NCBI GenBank assembly: GCA_963829295.1
Contig: CAWHHU010000010.1
Location: forward strand, 642,871-706,870
Length of the DNA: 64,000 nucleotides
DNA from: an uncultured Chloroflexia bacterium
GTDB taxonomy: Bacteria; Chloroflexota; Limnocylindria; Limnocylindrales; CSP1-4
Direction: 5' to 3'
This document shows, piece by piece, positions 1 to 12,421 of the stretch. Under the pieces are notes generated by a model, which did no database searches, had not been told where the DNA came from, and worked only from the letters and a program-made list of their open reading frames with translations. The translations under genes and the position numbers were made by a program. Each line of letters starts with the position of its first letter. Positions within the stretch are counted from its first letter, which is position 1.

Positions 1-1
1 C

Positions 2-1675
2 AACAAGCTCGACCGTACCGGGGCGAACTTCTGGCGCGACGTCGACATGATCCAGGAGCGCCTGGGTGTGAAGCCCGTGCCGATCCAGGTCCCGATCGGG
101 ATCGAGGACACGTTCCGGGGTGTCGTCGACCTCGTCCGCATGAAGGCGCTGATCTGGCGCGACGACCTGGGCAACACGTTCGACGAGACGGACGTTCCCG
201 AGGACCTGCTCGGTGAGGTGACCCGCCACCGGGAGCACCTGCTCGAGGCGGTTGCCGATGTCGACGACGACGTCGCGCACAAGTACCTCGAGGGGGAGGA
301 GATCAGCGAGGCCGAGATCAAGCACGGGATCCGGCTGGCGACGCTGGAGTACAAGTGGGTCCCGATCCTGGCCGGCTCGGCGCTCAAGAACAAGGGCATC
401 CAGCCGATGCTCGACGCCGTCGTGGACTACCTGCCCTCACCGCTCGATGTGCCGCCGGTGATCGGCCTCAAGCCGGGCACGGACATCGAGGTCCTCAAGA
501 CCCCGGACGACAGCGAGCCGTTCAGTGCCCTCGCGTTCAAGATCGCTGCCGACCCGTTCGTGGGCAAGCTCGCCTTCTTCCGGGTCTACTCGGGCACCCT
601 CAAGGCCGGGTCGTACGTCCTCAATGCGACCAAGGGTCGCAAGGAGCGCATCGGGCGCATCCTCCAGATGCACGCCAACCACCGCGAGGAGATCGAGCAG
701 GTCTATGCGGGCGACATCGCAGCCGCGGTGGGGCTCAAGGAGACATTCACCGGCGACACGCTGTCCGACCCGGATCACCCGGTGATCCTGGAGGCGATCA
801 CGTTCCCGGAGCCGGTCATCGAGGTCGCGATCGAGCCCAAGACCAAGGCCGACCAGGACAAGCTGGGCATCGCGCTCCAGCGGCTGGCCGAGGAGGATCC
901 GACCTTCCGGGTCAAGACCGACGAGGAGTCTGGCCAGACGCTGATCGCCGGCATGGGCGAGCTGCACCTCGACGTGCTGGTCGACCGCATGGTTCGCGAG
1001 TTCCGGGTGGCGGCCAACGTCGGCAAGCCCCAGGTTTCCTACCGCGAGACCGTGCGCCGGGCCGCGGAGGGCAACGGACGCTTCATCCGCCAGACGGGCG
1101 GCAAGGGCCAGTACGGACACGTGGTCCTGACCCTCGAGCCCGGCGCGAAGGGCAGCGGGTTCGAGTTCGTCGACAAGATCGTCGGGGGGACCATCCCGCG
1201 CGAGTACATGCGGGCGATCGAGCATGGCATCCGCGAGACGCTCGACACGGGCGTCTACGCCGGCTATCCCATGGTCGACGTCAGGACCACCGTGCACGAC
1301 GGGTCATACCACGAGGTGGACTCGTCCGAGATGGCGTTCAAGATCGCTGCCTCGATGGCGCTCAAGGATGCCGTCGAGAAGGCGCGACCGGTCGTGCTCG
1401 AGCCGATGATGCGGGTCGAGGTGACGATGCCCGAGGAGTTCATGGGTGACGTCATCGGCGATCTCAACAGCCGGCGCGGCCAGATCGAGGGCATGGATCC
1501 CCGTGGCTCGACCCAGGTGGTCCGGGCGGCGGTTCCGCTCGCCGAGATGTTCGGTTACGCCACGGACCTGCGGTCGATGACCCAGGGCCGGGCCAGCTAT
1601 TCCATGGAGCTCAGCCATTACGCCGAGGTTCCCCCGAACCTGGCGGCCGAGCTCGTCGCGAAGTCGAAGGTCTAA
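2..1675 (+). CDS. fusA: Elongation factor G, 5' partial (window starts about residue 140)
   Basis: Frame 2 translation [11 protein letters not shown]...VDMIQERLG and the remainder match EF-G domains II-V. Ends with stop at 1673-1675. The ORF-track M at 47 is internal. Confidence 0.95.
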   Translation, partial: NKLDRTGANFWRDVDMIQERLGVKPVPIQVPIGIEDTFRGVVDLVRMKALIWRDDLGNTFDETDVPEDLLGEVTRHREHLLEAVADVDDDVAHKYLEGEEISEAEIKHGIRLATLEYKWVPILAGSALKNKGIQPMLDAVVDYLPSPLDVPPVIGLKPGTDIEVLKTPDDSEPFSALAFKIAADPFVGKLAFFRVYSGTLKAGSYVLNATKGRKERIGRILQMHANHREEIEQVYAGDIAAAVGLKETFTGDTLSDPDHPVILEAITFPEPVIEVAIEPKTKADQDKLGIALQRLAEEDPTFRVKTDEESGQTLIAGMGELHLDVLVDRMVREFRVAANVGKPQVSYRETVRRAAEGNGRFIRQTGGKGQYGHVVLTLEPGAKGSGFEFVDKIVGGTIPREYMRAIEHGIRETLDTGVYAGYPMVDVRTTVHDGSYHEVDSSEMAFKIAASMALKDAVEKARPVVLEPMMRVEVTMPEEFMGDVIGDLNSRRGQIEGMDPRGSTQVVRAAVPLAEMFGYATDLRSMTQGRASYSMELSHYAEVPPNLAAELVAKSKV

Positions 1676-1726
1676 CAAGGGTCGGCTCGCCCCAGCGCGA
1701 GCGAGCAGCAGGGAGTCCACCGGGAC

Positions 1727-2923
<1,197 letters not shown>

Positions 2924-2932
2924 GGGCAGGAG

Positions 2933-3241
2933 ATGGCGAAGCAGCGGATCCGGATCCGTCTCAAGGCCTACGACCACCGGCTGCTCGACCAGTCGGCAGC
3001 CCAGATCGTGGAGACGGCGCAGCGCACCGGCGCGGACGTCGTCGGTCCGGTGCCGCTGCCGACCCGGATCGAGAAGTTCACCGTCCTGCGCTCGCCGTTC
3101 ATCGACAAGGACTCCCGGGAGCAGTTCGAGATCCGCACCCACAAGCGGCTGATCGACATCCTTGACCCCTCGTCGAAGACGGTCGACGCCCTGATGCGGC
3201 TCAGCCTCGCGGCTGGTGTCGACATCGAGATCAAGATGTGA
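2933..3241 (+). CDS. rpsJ: 30S ribosomal protein S10
   Basis: 102 aa, [19 protein letters not shown]... Only 9 nt after the tuf stop, with a GGAG RBS. Confidence 0.95.
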   Translation: MAKQRIRIRLKAYDHRLLDQSAAQIVETAQRTGADVVGPVPLPTRIEKFTVLRSPFIDKDSREQFEIRTHKRLIDILDPSSKTVDALMRLSLAAGVDIEIKM

Positions 3242-3852
3242 TGAGCATCGGACTCATCGGCCGCAAGGTCGGTATGACGCAGCTCTTCCAGCCCGACGGC
3301 ACCATGGTTGCCGTGTCGGTGGTGGCGGTCTCCCCCAACACTGTGACCCGCCTTCGGACGCCAGAGCGCGATGGCTACACTGCCGTCCAGCTCGGTGCCG
3401 GTGAGCGACGCAAGCTCACCAAGCCCGTGGCGGGACAGCTCAGGGATCTGCCCCGGGTGGCAACCATCCGCGAGTTCCGCACCGATAGCGCCGGCGACTA
3501 CAGCGTCGGCCAGCAGCTCGCTGTGGGCGACGTGTTCGCCGAGGGGGATCTGGTCGACGTGACCGGTATCTCCAAGGGGCAGGGTTTCGCGGGCACCGTG
3601 AAGCGTCACCACTTCAAGCGCGGTCCCAAGACCCATGGCTCCGACAACTACCGACGGCCGGGCTCCATCGGTCCCGGCACCACGCCCGGTCGCGTGTACA
3701 AGGGCCTCCGCATGGGTGGTCACATGGGACACGAGCGGGTCACGATCAAGAAGCTGCGCGTCGTCCGCGTGGACCCGGAGCGGAACCTGATCCTCGTGCG
3801 GGGATCGGTGCCCGGGGCGCCAGGCGCGCTGACATTCGTCCGGAAGGCGTGA
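3241..3852 (+). CDS. rplC: 50S ribosomal protein L3
   Basis: [16 protein letters not shown]... ATG at 3241 overlaps the rpsJ stop by 1 nt. An in-frame GTG at 3238 is an alternative start. Confidence 0.93.
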   Translation: MSIGLIGRKVGMTQLFQPDGTMVAVSVVAVSPNTVTRLRTPERDGYTAVQLGAGERRKLTKPVAGQLRDLPRVATIREFRTDSAGDYSVGQQLAVGDVFAEGDLVDVTGISKGQGFAGTVKRHHFKRGPKTHGSDNYRRPGSIGPGTTPGRVYKGLRMGGHMGHERVTIKKLRVVRVDPERNLILVRGSVPGAPGALTFVRKA

Positions 3853-4493
3853 CGATGCCGCAGACCACTCTCTACGATCGCACCGGTGCCTCGGTCGGCA
3901 GCGTCGACCTCACCGAGACGCTGTTCGCCGCACCGATCAACGAGGCGGTGCTCCATCAGGCGGTGACAGCCCAGCTGGCCGGCCGCCGGATCGGCACCCA
4001 CGACACCAGGACGCGTGGCGAGGTGCGCGGCGGCGGGCGCAAGCCGTACCGCCAGAAGGGCACCGGCCGGGCCCGCCAGGGCTCGCGTGTCGCCCCGCAC
4101 TATCGGGGTGGTGGTGCCGTGTTCGGCCCGCACCCGCGGTCCTACGATCAGCGCCTTCCCAAGAAGATGCGCAGGCTTGCGCTGCGCTCGGCCCTGACCG
4201 CGAAGTTCGGCGACGACGCGATCCGCGTCATCGATCGCTTCGGCATGGACGAGGAGCCCCGGACGCGCGCGTTCGTCGCCGTTCTCGAGGCGCTCGGAGC
4301 CGGCGATGGACATGCCCGCCGGGTGCTGGTCGTCGCGCCGGCCAAGGACGAGCCGCTGCTGCGCTCGGCTGCCAACCTGCCGTCGGTGTCCGTGATCCTG
4401 GCCGACTCGCTCAACGTGGTCGACCTGCTCAACGCGGACGCCGTCCTGATCGAGCAGCCGGCGTTGGCCCGGATGGAGGAGGTGTACGCGTGA
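3849..4493 (+). CDS. rplD: 50S ribosomal protein L4
   Basis: GTG start overlapping the rplC stop (ATG at 3855 is an alternative). [15 protein letters not shown] motif. Confidence 0.93.
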   Translation: MTMPQTTLYDRTGASVGSVDLTETLFAAPINEAVLHQAVTAQLAGRRIGTHDTRTRGEVRGGGRKPYRQKGTGRARQGSRVAPHYRGGGAVFGPHPRSYDQRLPKKMRRLALRSALTAKFGDDAIRVIDRFGMDEEPRTRAFVAVLEALGAGDGHARRVLVVAPAKDEPLLRSAANLPSVSVILADSLNVVDLLNADAVLIEQPALARMEEVYA

Positions 4494-4804
4494 GCGAGCT
4501 GAGCGCCGCCGACGTCATCCTGCGGCCCGTGATCTCCGAGAAGTCGATCGACGAGTCCGCCCGCGGCAAGTACACGTTCGCCGTGCATGAGCACGCCAAC
4601 AAGATCCAGATCAAGGCTGCCGTCGAGGAGCTGTACCGCAAGGAGAACGTGACGGTCGTGGCCGTCCACGTGCTGACGTCCAAGGCCAAGGAGAAGCGGC
4701 GGGGCACCCGCCGCGGGCGCATCGTCGGGCACACGTCAGCCTGGCGGAAGGCCATTGTCACCCTGGCCCCCGGCCAGAAGATCGAGTTCTTCGAGGGGGT
4801 GTAG
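4490..4804 (+). CDS. rplW: 50S ribosomal protein L23
   Basis: GTG start overlapping the rplD stop. 104 aa, [10 protein letters not shown]... Confidence 0.92.
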   Translation: MSELSAADVILRPVISEKSIDESARGKYTFAVHEHANKIQIKAAVEELYRKENVTVVAVHVLTSKAKEKRRGTRRGRIVGHTSAWRKAIVTLAPGQKIEFFEGV

Positions 4805-4806
4805 GG

Positions 4807-5634
4807 ATGCCGCTGCGAAGCTACAAGGCGACCTCGGCCGGCCGCCGCTGGATGACCCGATCGACCTTCGAGGAGATCACCACCGACCAGCCGCACAAGC
4901 CGCTGCTCGAGCCCCAGAAGCGCGGCTCCGGCCGCAATAACCAGGGCCATCGGACGGTTCGCCACCGCGGCGGTGGCGAGAAGGCGCATTACCGCCGGAT
5001 CGACTTCAAGCGCGACAAGGTGGGCGTGCCCGCCCGGCTTGCGACCATCGAGTACGACCCGAACCGCTCGGCACGGATCGGCCTGCTCCACTACCGCGAC
5101 GGCGAGAAGCGCTACATGCTGCTGCCCAACGGCCTCAAGGTGGGTGACGTGGTGGTGGCAGGCCCCAACGCTGACGCGCGCCTGGGCAATGCGCTGCCGA
5201 TCCGGAACATCCCGTTGGGCACCACGATCCACAACATCGAGCTCGTGCCGGGCAAGGGTGGTCAGATCGTGCGCTCGGCCGGGACCTCGGCCCAGCTGCT
5301 GGCCAAGGAGGGCGAGCTCGCCCAGGTGCGCCTGCCCTCGGGCGAGGTGCGCCGGATCCCGATCAGATGTACGGCGACCGTCGGCCAGGTGTCGAACGTC
5401 GATCACGAGAACCAGAGCCTGGGCAAGGCCGGTCGCGCCCGCCATATGGGCCAGCGTCCGGAGGTTCGGGGCGTCGCGATGACGCCGCGCGATCACCCGC
5501 ATGGTGGTGGCGAGGGCAAGAGCCCGACGGGCATGCCGCCCAAGACGCCCTGGGGCAAGCCGGCGATGGGCTATCGGACCCGGCGCAGCAAGACCACCAG
5601 CCGGCTGATCGTCCGCAGCCGCCATCGCAAGTAG
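4807..5634 (+). CDS. rplB: 50S ribosomal protein L2
   Basis: 275 aa. GRNNQG, the HPHGGGEGK motif and C-terminal RRSK... Confidence 0.96.
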   Translation: MPLRSYKATSAGRRWMTRSTFEEITTDQPHKPLLEPQKRGSGRNNQGHRTVRHRGGGEKAHYRRIDFKRDKVGVPARLATIEYDPNRSARIGLLHYRDGEKRYMLLPNGLKVGDVVVAGPNADARLGNALPIRNIPLGTTIHNIELVPGKGGQIVRSAGTSAQLLAKEGELAQVRLPSGEVRRIPIRCTATVGQVSNVDHENQSLGKAGRARHMGQRPEVRGVAMTPRDHPHGGGEGKSPTGMPPKTPWGKPAMGYRTRRSKTTSRLIVRSRHRK

Positions 5635-5649
5635 GAGAGGAGCGAGCGC

Positions 5650-5934
5650 ATGTCGCGATCGGTCAAGAAGGGACCGTTCGTCCAGCCCCGGCTTCTCGCC
5701 AGGGTGCAGGACATGAACAAGCGGAGCGAGCGCCAGGTGCTCAAGACCTGGTCGCGCGCCTCCGTGATCTTCCCCGACTTCATCGGCCACACGATCGCCG
5801 TCTACAACGGGCGCAAGCACGTGCCGGTGTACGTCACCGAGAACATGGTCGGCCACCGCCTCGGCGAGTTCGCCCCGACCCGCACCTACCGCGGGCACGG
5901 TCGCAACGCCGACCGGTCGGCCGGGCTGCGGTAG
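5650..5934 (+). CDS. rpsS: 30S ribosomal protein S19
   Basis: 94 aa, [11 protein letters not shown]...[31 protein letters not shown]. Confidence 0.96.
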   Translation: MSRSVKKGPFVQPRLLARVQDMNKRSERQVLKTWSRASVIFPDFIGHTIAVYNGRKHVPVYVTENMVGHRLGEFAPTRTYRGHGRNADRSAGLR

Positions 5935-5947
5935 GGGAGGCGACCGG

Positions 5948-6286
5948 ATGCGCGTCTCTGCCACCGCCAAGTACCTCCGCGGTTCCACACGGAAGGCCCG
6001 CCTCATCACCGAGGCGATCAAGGGCAAGCCCGTGGAGGAAGCAGCCGCGCTGCTGCGGTTCATGCCGCAGGCTGCCGCACGCGACGTCGCGCGCGTCCTG
6101 AAGAGCGCGACCGCCAACGCCGAGAACAACCTGAGTCGCTCCGCCGACGAGCTGTTCGTCGCCGACGCGATCGCCAACGAGGGCCCGACGATCAAGCGAT
6201 GGCGTCCCCGGGCACAGGGTCGGGCGTTCCCGATCCACAAGCCCATGACGCACATCACCGTCGTCGTCGCCGACCGGGAGGCCTAG
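5948..6286 (+). CDS. rplV: 50S ribosomal protein L22
   Basis: 112 aa, canonical L22 signature and position. Confidence 0.94.
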   Translation: MRVSATAKYLRGSTRKARLITEAIKGKPVEEAAALLRFMPQAAARDVARVLKSATANAENNLSRSADELFVADAIANEGPTIKRWRPRAQGRAFPIHKPMTHITVVVADREA

Positions 6287-6288
6287 GC

Positions 6289-6969
6289 ATGGGACACAAG
6301 GTCCATCCGTACGGCTACCGCCTGGGCTACACCCGAACGTGGACGGCCAAGTGGTACGCCGACAAGGAGTACACCACCCTCCTCCGGGAGGACATCGCGA
6401 TCCGCCAGCTGCTCGACCGGCGGCTGGCAAATGCCAGCGTGAGCGGCGTCGAGATCGAGCGCGGCATCAACCACGTGACGGTCGCCATCCACACCGCCAA
6501 GCCGGGCATCGTCATCGGACGCGGCGGCCAGAACGTGGAGATCCTGCGGCGGGAGATCGGCGAGCTGACCAAGCGCAAGGTGAAGCTGGAGATCAAGGAG
6601 ATCCGCCAGCCCGAGCTCGACGCGCACCTGGTCGCGCTCAACATCGCCCAGCAGCTCAGCCGGCGGGTCGCCTACAAGAAGGCGATGAAGCAGTCCATCC
6701 AGCGATCGATGAAGGCCGGAGCCAAGGGCGTCAAGATCGCGCTGGCCGGGCGTCTGGGCGGGTCGGAGATGGGTCGTCGCGAATGGGATCGCGAAGGCCG
6801 GATCCCGCTCGGCACGCTGCGCGCGGATATCAGCTACGGGCAGGTGCACGCCCACACGACCTACGGGCGGATCGGCGTCAAGGTCTGGATCTACCGGGGC
6901 GAGTTCCCCGTCGAGCACCGGCGGCGCGAGCCGGCGACCGGTCCGGCAGCCGGCGCGCAGGGGGTGTGA
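6289..6969 (+). CDS. rpsC: 30S ribosomal protein S3
   Basis: The ORF-track start at 6199 runs in-frame through the L22 3' end. The true start is the ATG at 6289 ([15 protein letters not shown]...), 2 nt after the rplV stop. KH domain present. Confidence 0.93.
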   Translation: MGHKVHPYGYRLGYTRTWTAKWYADKEYTTLLREDIAIRQLLDRRLANASVSGVEIERGINHVTVAIHTAKPGIVIGRGGQNVEILRREIGELTKRKVKLEIKEIRQPELDAHLVALNIAQQLSRRVAYKKAMKQSIQRSMKAGAKGVKIALAGRLGGSEMGRREWDREGRIPLGTLRADISYGQVHAHTTYGRIGVKVWIYRGEFPVEHRRREPATGPAAGAQGV

Positions 6970-6973
6970 CGCC

Positions 6974-7411
6974 ATGCTGATGCCGCGACGCGTCAAGCAT
7001 CGCAAGGTCATGCGGGGCAGGATGTCCGGGATGGCCAAGGGCGGCCACACCGTCGCCTTCGGTGACTACGGGCTGGCGACCCTGGAGCCTGCCTGGATCA
7101 CGGCCCGCCAGATCGAGGCCGCTCGGCGAGCGATGACCCGCTCGGTCAAGCGCGGGGGGAAGATCTGGATCCGCGTATTCCCGGACAAGCCGGCCACCAA
7201 GAAGCCGGCCGAGACACGGATGGGTTCGGGCAAGGGCGCCCCCGACCACTGGGTTGCCGTGGTTCGCCCCGGCCGGATCCTGTTCGAGATGGCCGGTGTC
7301 GAGCACGAGGCTGCGGTCGAGGCGATGCGCCTCGCGTCGCACAAGCTTCCGGTGGCGACGCACGTCGTCGTCCGCGACTCCGCGAAGGAGGTCACCGATG
7401 GAGATCGGTGA
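6974..7411 (+). CDS. rplP: 50S ribosomal protein L16
   Basis: [17 protein letters not shown]... 145 aa. Confidence 0.95.
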   Translation: MLMPRRVKHRKVMRGRMSGMAKGGHTVAFGDYGLATLEPAWITARQIEAARRAMTRSVKRGGKIWIRVFPDKPATKKPAETRMGSGKGAPDHWVAVVRPGRILFEMAGVEHEAAVEAMRLASHKLPVATHVVVRDSAKEVTDGDR

Positions 7412-7604
7412 GATCCGGCTGCTCTCGGATCGAGAGCTGGACGACCGTCTTCGGGAGGCCAAGCAGGACCTGTGGCAGGCTCGCTTCGCGCTCTCGACAC
7501 GCCAGTTGAAGGACTACAGCCAGATCCCGGCGACGCGACGGACGATCGCCCGGATCCTCACCGTCAAGCGCGAGCGCGAGACGTTGCCGCGCGTGGCGGA
7601 GTAG
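7398..7604 (+). CDS. rpmC: 50S ribosomal protein L29
   Basis: [30 protein letters not shown]... ATG at 7398 is preceded by AAGGAGG (7385-7391) and overlaps the rplP 3' end by 14 nt. The ORF-track start at 7254 is an out-of-frame overlap with rplP. Confidence 0.88.
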   Translation: MEIGEIRLLSDRELDDRLREAKQDLWQARFALSTRQLKDYSQIPATRRTIARILTVKRERETLPRVAE

Positions 7605-7614
7605 GAGCGTCGGG

Positions 7615-8070
7615 ATGCCCACCGCAGGAGCCATCGAACCCGTGAAGGGAAAGCGTAAGACCAAGGTCGGCCGGGTGGTCAGCGACCGCATGGACAAGAC
7701 GATCGTCGTGTCCGTCGAGCGCCTGGCACGCCACCGGCTGTACAAGCGCGTCGTGCGTGTCACCACCAAGTTCGCCGCCCACGACGGCGACAACGAGGCG
7801 CGCATCGGCGACACGGTGCTGATCGAGGAATCCCGGCCGATGTCGGCGACCAAGCGCTGGACCCTCGTGTCCATCCTTTCGAGGGCGGGCGAGGAGCGGG
7901 CCGGCGAGACGCTTGTCGACGAGGAAGCGGAGACCACCGAGGCCATCCACCACGGTGCGCATCGCACGCGGCGCGGCGGTGATGAGCCGGCCGAGTCGGT
8001 TGAGGCTGCCGGGACCACCAACGCTGCGGACACGACCGACGTCGCGGCCGCGCAGGAGACCGGGGCGTGA
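7615..8070 (+). CDS. rpsQ: 30S ribosomal protein S17 with about 60-aa acidic C-terminal extension
   Basis: N-terminal 85 aa are canonical S17 ([17 protein letters not shown]...KRWTLVSIL). Residues about 90-151 form an E/T/A-rich tail absent from typical S17. Confidence 0.9.
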   Translation: MPTAGAIEPVKGKRKTKVGRVVSDRMDKTIVVSVERLARHRLYKRVVRVTTKFAAHDGDNEARIGDTVLIEESRPMSATKRWTLVSILSRAGEERAGETLVDEEAETTEAIHHGAHRTRRGGDEPAESVEAAGTTNAADTTDVAAAQETGA

Positions 8071-8435
8071 TCCAGGCCGAGACGCGGATGCGCGTCGCCG
8101 ACAACACCGGCGCCCGGACGATCCAGTGCATCCGGATCATGGGTCGCTCCCGCAAGACCACGGCCGGCGTCGGCGACGTGATCGTGGCGAGCGTCAAGAC
8201 GGCGATCCCCAACGCGCCCGTGAAGAAGGGTGATGTGGTCCGGGCGGTCATCGTGCGCACCGCGAAGGAGTACGGCCGGCCGGATGGGAGCTACATCCGG
8301 TTCGACGAGAACGCGGCCGTCCTGATCAACAACCAGGGCAATCCACGCGGCACGCGCATCTTTGGTCCCGTGGCCCGCGAGCTGCGAGACCGCAACTACA
8401 TGAAGATCGTCTCACTTGCCCCGGAGGTGCTCTGA
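8067..8435 (+). CDS. rplN: 50S ribosomal protein L14
   Basis: GTG start overlapping the rpsQ stop. [17 protein letters not shown]... Confidence 0.95.
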   Translation: MIQAETRMRVADNTGARTIQCIRIMGRSRKTTAGVGDVIVASVKTAIPNAPVKKGDVVRAVIVRTAKEYGRPDGSYIRFDENAAVLINNQGNPRGTRIFGPVARELRDRNYMKIVSLAPEVL

Positions 8436-8881
8436 TGCCCGACCGGACCGTTCAGCGGCGCAGCGTCGTGCCCGAGCTGCGCAAGGGCGACACCGTGATC
8501 GTCCTGGCCGGCAAGGATGCCGGCAAGCGGGGCACGGTCGAGCGGGTCATCCGGCGTGATGCGTCGCCGTCGCCCGTTCGCTCAGGCTATCGCAGGACCT
8601 CCATCAAGGGCGGTGTGTCCGTCGTGGTCGAGGGACTGAACGTGGCCCGAAAGCACATGAAGGCGCGCCAGCGCAGCGGTGGCAACTCGATCGCGGGTTC
8701 GGCGCCGACGGTTGATCCGGGCGGCATCCTGGACCAGGCGATGGCGATCCCGGCCAGCCGGGTGATGGTCGTCTGCAGTCACTGTGACCGGCCCACGAGG
8801 GTCGGTCACCGAACGCTCGACAACGGCACCCGCGTCCGGGTCTGCAAGCACTGCGGTGAACCCCTCGAGGTGGAGGCGTGA
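8435..8881 (+). CDS. rplX: 50S ribosomal protein L24, long form with internal insertion and C-terminal Cys4 motif
   Basis: KOW motif [18 protein letters not shown]. 148 aa against a typical ~105. C-x2-C-x20-C-x2-C (CSHC...CKHC) sits in the C-terminal hairpin region. Confidence 0.9.
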   Translation: MPDRTVQRRSVVPELRKGDTVIVLAGKDAGKRGTVERVIRRDASPSPVRSGYRRTSIKGGVSVVVEGLNVARKHMKARQRSGGNSIAGSAPTVDPGGILDQAMAIPASRVMVVCSHCDRPTRVGHRTLDNGTRVRVCKHCGEPLEVEA

Positions 8882-9420
8882 GCGGGCAGCTCCGGGAGCG
8901 CTACGCGACCGACGCTGTGCCGGCCCTGGTCAAGCAGTTCGCGTACGCCAACCCGATGCAGGTTCCGCGGGTCGAGAAGGTCGTCCTCAACATCGGGCTC
9001 GGCGAGGCCCTCCAGAACGCCAAGGCGATCGACGCCGCCATCGGTGATCTGCAGCGGATCTCGGGCCAGAAGCCGATCATCACCCGCGCCAAGCGTTCGA
9101 TCGCCCAGTTCCACATCAGGACGGGCAACCCGATCGGCGTGAAGGTCACCTTGCGCGGCGAGCGGATGTGGGACTTCCTGGAGCGGCTGACCCGCCTGGC
9201 GCTGCCGCGCATCCGCGACTTCCGGGGCGTACCCGGACGGTCGTTCGATGGCCGCGGCAACTACTCGCTCGGTCTCCGCGAACAGCTCGCGTTCCCGGAG
9301 ATCGACTACGACAAGGTGGACCGTCTCCGCGGGCTGGAGATCAGCATCGTGACGACGGCGAAGAACGACGAGGAGTCGAAGCGTCTGCTCGAGCTCCTCG
9401 GCATGCCCTTCGCCGGGTAG
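8878..9420 (+). CDS. rplE: 50S ribosomal protein L5
   Basis: GTG start overlapping the rplX stop. 180 aa, canonical L5. Confidence 0.95.
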   Translation: MSGQLRERYATDAVPALVKQFAYANPMQVPRVEKVVLNIGLGEALQNAKAIDAAIGDLQRISGQKPIITRAKRSIAQFHIRTGNPIGVKVTLRGERMWDFLERLTRLALPRIRDFRGVPGRSFDGRGNYSLGLREQLAFPEIDYDKVDRLRGLEISIVTTAKNDEESKRLLELLGMPFAG

Positions 9421-9439
9421 GGCGCGGGGAGGAGTCCAA

Positions 9440-9625
9440 ATGGCCAAGAAGTCGATGATCGCGAAGGCCCGGCGCAAGCCGCACCATCCCGTCCAGGCCT
9501 ATCACCGGTGCTCGGTGTGTGGTCGCCCTCGGGCATACATGCGCCGGTTCGCCCTCTGCCGGATCTGCTTCCGGGAGCGAGCCCTGGTTGGCGAGCTGCC
9601 CGGCGTCACCAAGTCGAGCTGGTAG
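9440..9625 (+). CDS. rpsZ: 30S ribosomal protein S14 type Z (zinc-binding)
   Basis: 61 aa, C-x2-C-x12-C-x2-C (CSVCGRP...CRIC). Short Zn-ribbon form, in the usual L5-S14-S8 position. Confidence 0.93.
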   Translation: MAKKSMIAKARRKPHHPVQAYHRCSVCGRPRAYMRRFALCRICFRERALVGELPGVTKSSW

Positions 9626-9629
9626 AGGC

Positions 9630-10028
9630 ATGAACATTTCCGATCCCATCGCGGACATGCTCACGCGGGTCCGCAACGCGTCCCGGGCGCGGCATACGGA
9701 AGTCGTCGTGCCGGCCTCGCGCACCAAGCGCGAGATCGCACGAATCCTCAAGGAGGAAGGCTTCATCGCCGATGTCCGCGAGGAGCGCAGCGGTGCCTCG
9801 CAGATGCTGCGCATCGAGCTCAAGTACGTCGAAGGCAAGGTCCCGGTCGTGTCGGGCCTCAAACGGATCAGCAAGCCAGGCCTGCGGGTCTATGCCCGCA
9901 AGACGGATATTCCCCGCGTGCTCGGTGGCCTGGGCGTCGTGATCGTCAGCACCTCGAGCGGGATCATGACCGGCTCCCAGGCCAAGCAGGCCCAGCTGGG
10001 TGGCGAGATCCTCGCCTACATCTGGTAA
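9630..10028 (+). CDS. rpsH: 30S ribosomal protein S8
   Basis: True start is the ATG at 9630 ([17 protein letters not shown]...). The upstream part of ORF 9519.. overlaps rpsZ out of frame. Confidence 0.93.
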   Translation: MNISDPIADMLTRVRNASRARHTEVVVPASRTKREIARILKEEGFIADVREERSGASQMLRIELKYVEGKVPVVSGLKRISKPGLRVYARKTDIPRVLGGLGVVIVSTSSGIMTGSQAKQAQLGGEILAYIW

Positions 10029-10032
10029 CGCG

Positions 10033-10584
10033 ATGTCACGTATCGGTCGTCTTCCCATCGCTGTCCCCACCGGCGTCGAGGTCGTGCTCGACGGGCGGAT
10101 CATCACGGTCACGGGTCCCAAGGGCACCCTCACTCGCGAGCTTCCGCCGCGCATCGGGGTCGCGCAGCAGGGCGATGCCGTCGTCGTCACCCGACCGACG
10201 GAGACCAAGCTCGACAAGAGTCTCCACGGGCTCACCCGGACCCTCGTCAACAACATGGTCGTCGGCGTGACGACCGGGTACCGCAAGGGCCTCGAGATCG
10301 TGGGCGTCGGCTATCGCGCCCAAAAGGTTGGCGACAACCTTCAGCTCGCGCTGGGCTACAGCCACCCGATCGAGATCGAGGCGCCAGACGGGATCAGCTT
10401 TGAGGTCGAGAGCCCGGTCCGCCTCGCGGTCGTGGGCATCGACAAGGAGCTGGTCGGCCAGGTCGCGGCCCGGGTTCGGTCCACGCGCAAGCCCGAGCCG
10501 TACAAGGGCAAGGGCGTCCGGTACGCCGGCGAGCAGGTCCGCCGCAAGGCGGGCAAGGCCGGCAAGATCGGCGGGAAGAAGTGA
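10033..10584 (+). CDS. rplF: 50S ribosomal protein L6
   Basis: [12 protein letters not shown]... ATG at 10033, 4 nt after the rpsH stop. Confidence 0.93.
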   Translation: MSRIGRLPIAVPTGVEVVLDGRIITVTGPKGTLTRELPPRIGVAQQGDAVVVTRPTETKLDKSLHGLTRTLVNNMVVGVTTGYRKGLEIVGVGYRAQKVGDNLQLALGYSHPIEIEAPDGISFEVESPVRLAVVGIDKELVGQVAARVRSTRKPEPYKGKGVRYAGEQVRRKAGKAGKIGGKK

Positions 10585-10949
10585 CCATGACCAGGATCGC
10601 CAGCCGCACCGCGGCCCGCACCAAGCGCCACGAACGGCTCCGTCTCCGACTGGCCGGAACGGCGGGGCGCCCGCGCCTCGCGGTATTCCGCAGCCTCAAC
10701 CATATCTACGCCCAGGTCATCGACGATACGACCGGCAACACCGTGGCCGCAGCCTCCTCGCTCGAGGCTGGTCTCCGTGGTGGCGACGGCACCAAGACCG
10801 ACGACGCGCGGCGTGTCGGCCAGCTGGTCGCCGAGCGCGCGAAGGCCGCCGGCGTGGCCACGGTCGTGTTCGATCGGGCGGGATTCAAGTACCACGGGCG
10901 GGTTCGCTCGCTCGCCGAGGCGGCGCGCGAAGCCGGCCTCGACTTCTAG
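10581..10949 (+). CDS. rplR: 50S ribosomal protein L18
   Basis: GTG start overlapping the rplF stop (ATG at 10587 is an alternative). Basic N-terminus and L18 core. Confidence 0.92.
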   Translation: MTMTRIASRTAARTKRHERLRLRLAGTAGRPRLAVFRSLNHIYAQVIDDTTGNTVAAASSLEAGLRGGDGTKTDDARRVGQLVAERAKAAGVATVVFDRAGFKYHGRVRSLAEAAREAGLDF

Positions 10950-10960
10950 AGGACACGCCT

Positions 10961-11509
10961 GTGGCCCGTATCGATCCCAACAAGCTCGCGCTCGAGGAGC
11001 GCGTCGTTCAGATCAACCGCGTTGCGAAGGTCCACAAGGGTGGTCGCCGGTTCTCGTTCTCGGCGGTCATCGTCGTGGGCGACGGCAACGGCCACGTCGG
11101 TGTCGGCCTGGGCAAGGCCGGCGACGTGCCGGAGTCGATCCGCAAGGGGGTCGAGGACGCCAAGAAGCACGTGGTCAAGATCCCCATGGTGGGGACCACC
11201 ATTCCGCACGAGGTTCTACAGCAGTACGCGGGCGCACGAATCCTGCTCAAGCCCGCGTCCAAGGGGACCGGCGTGATTGCCGGCGGCGCCGTCCGTGCTG
11301 TTGTCGAGGCGGCTGGCATCCGCGACATCCTGTCCAAGATCCATGGCTCGACCAACCCGGTCAACGTGACGCGTGCGACCCTCAACGCGCTCACCAGCCT
11401 GCGCTCGGTCGAGGAGCTGTCGCGGCAGCGCGGCGTTCAGCTCCGCCTGGTCGTTCCGGGTCAGGCGGCCGCCGCCGGCGCACCGCAGGAGGTGACTGAT
11501 GCCCGGTAA
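10961..11509 (+). CDS. rpsE: 30S ribosomal protein S5
   Basis: GTG at 10961 ([33 protein letters not shown]...), 11 nt after the rplR stop. Only the last ~182 aa of ORF 10328..11509 are S5. Confidence 0.9.
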   Translation: MARIDPNKLALEERVVQINRVAKVHKGGRRFSFSAVIVVGDGNGHVGVGLGKAGDVPESIRKGVEDAKKHVVKIPMVGTTIPHEVLQQYAGARILLKPASKGTGVIAGGAVRAVVEAAGIRDILSKIHGSTNPVNVTRATLNALTSLRSVEELSRQRGVQLRLVVPGQAAAAGAPQEVTDAR

Positions 11510-11714
11510 GCTGCGGGTCACCCAGACCAGGAGCGTGATCGGCCACATCGCGCGCAACCGGGCCACCGCGCGTGCGCTGGGCCTCCACGGCATCGGCAGC
11601 TCATCGATCCTGCCCGATAACCCTGCCGTCCGCGGCATGGTCCGCCAGGTCCGGTTCATGGTGGCCGTCGAGGAGCTCCCCGAGGGCGTCGAGCAGACGC
11701 CGGAGAAGCGCTGA
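11499..11714 (+). CDS. rpmD: 50S ribosomal protein L30
   Basis: 71 aa, [16 protein letters not shown]... Overlaps the rpsE 3' end by 11 nt. Confidence 0.9.
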   Translation: MPGKLRVTQTRSVIGHIARNRATARALGLHGIGSSSILPDNPAVRGMVRQVRFMVAVEELPEGVEQTPEKR

Positions 11715-12415
11715 TGAAGATTCACGACCTGCATCCCGCACCGGGGTCGGTCACCAGGCGCACCCGCGTCGGCCGCGGGATCGCCGCCGGCAAGGGCAAG
11801 ACCGCCGGGCGCGGCACCAAGGGCCAGCGATCGCGCGCGGGGGCGTCGATTCCGGCGTGGTTCGAGGGCGGCCAGACTCCGCTCCACATCCGGATCCCGA
11901 AGCTGCGCGGATTCCGCAACATCAACGACATCGAGTACGAGATCGTGAACGTCGGCGCGATCAGCGCCGCCGTCGAGGCCGGCCGGCTCGAAGTCCAGAA
12001 GGGCGCCCCGGTGACGGTCAACGCCGACACGCTCAAGCAGGCCGGTCTCGTTCGACGCGATCGCCTGCCGCTCAAGGTCCTGGGCCAGGGCGAGGTCAGC
12101 ACCCGCCTGTTCGTGCTCGCCGATGCGTTCACCAGGAGCGCCCGGGCCAAGATCGAGGCAGCCGGCGGGACCGCCCAGGTCATCGAGATCCCGAGCAGCC
12201 CGCTCGCCGCGCTGGGAGTGGACGTCGCGTCGGCGACCGAGGCGGACGCCGCCCCCGACGCGGCCGAGCCCGAGGCGGCGCCCGAGGCAGCGGCGACCCC
12301 GAAGCGAACCCGCAAGGCCCGGGCGGCGAAGGCCACCGCGCCGGCCGCTGACCTGGAACCAGCGCGCGAATCACCCGAGCCGGCCGCCGAGCCCGACGCG
12401 GACGACAAGGGCTAG
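11714..12415 (+). CDS. rplO: 50S ribosomal protein L15 with about 85-aa Ala/Glu/Pro-rich C-terminal tail
   Basis: N-terminal ~150 aa are canonical L15 (GKGKTAGRGTKGQ...). The C-terminal tail is low complexity. Confidence 0.9.
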   Translation: MKIHDLHPAPGSVTRRTRVGRGIAAGKGKTAGRGTKGQRSRAGASIPAWFEGGQTPLHIRIPKLRGFRNINDIEYEIVNVGAISAAVEAGRLEVQKGAPVTVNADTLKQAGLVRRDRLPLKVLGQGEVSTRLFVLADAFTRSARAKIEAAGGTAQVIEIPSSPLAALGVDVASATEADAAPDAAEPEAAPEAAATPKRTRKARAAKATAPAADLEPARESPEPAAEPDADDKG

Positions 12416-12421
12416 CCGCAC

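Noticed and set aside
10328-11509. 393-aa plus-strand ORF suggesting a giant S5
   Set aside because: Only the last ~182 aa (from the GTG at 10961) are S5. The upstream part is an out-of-frame overlap of rplF/rplR with Arg/Ser-rich junk translation.
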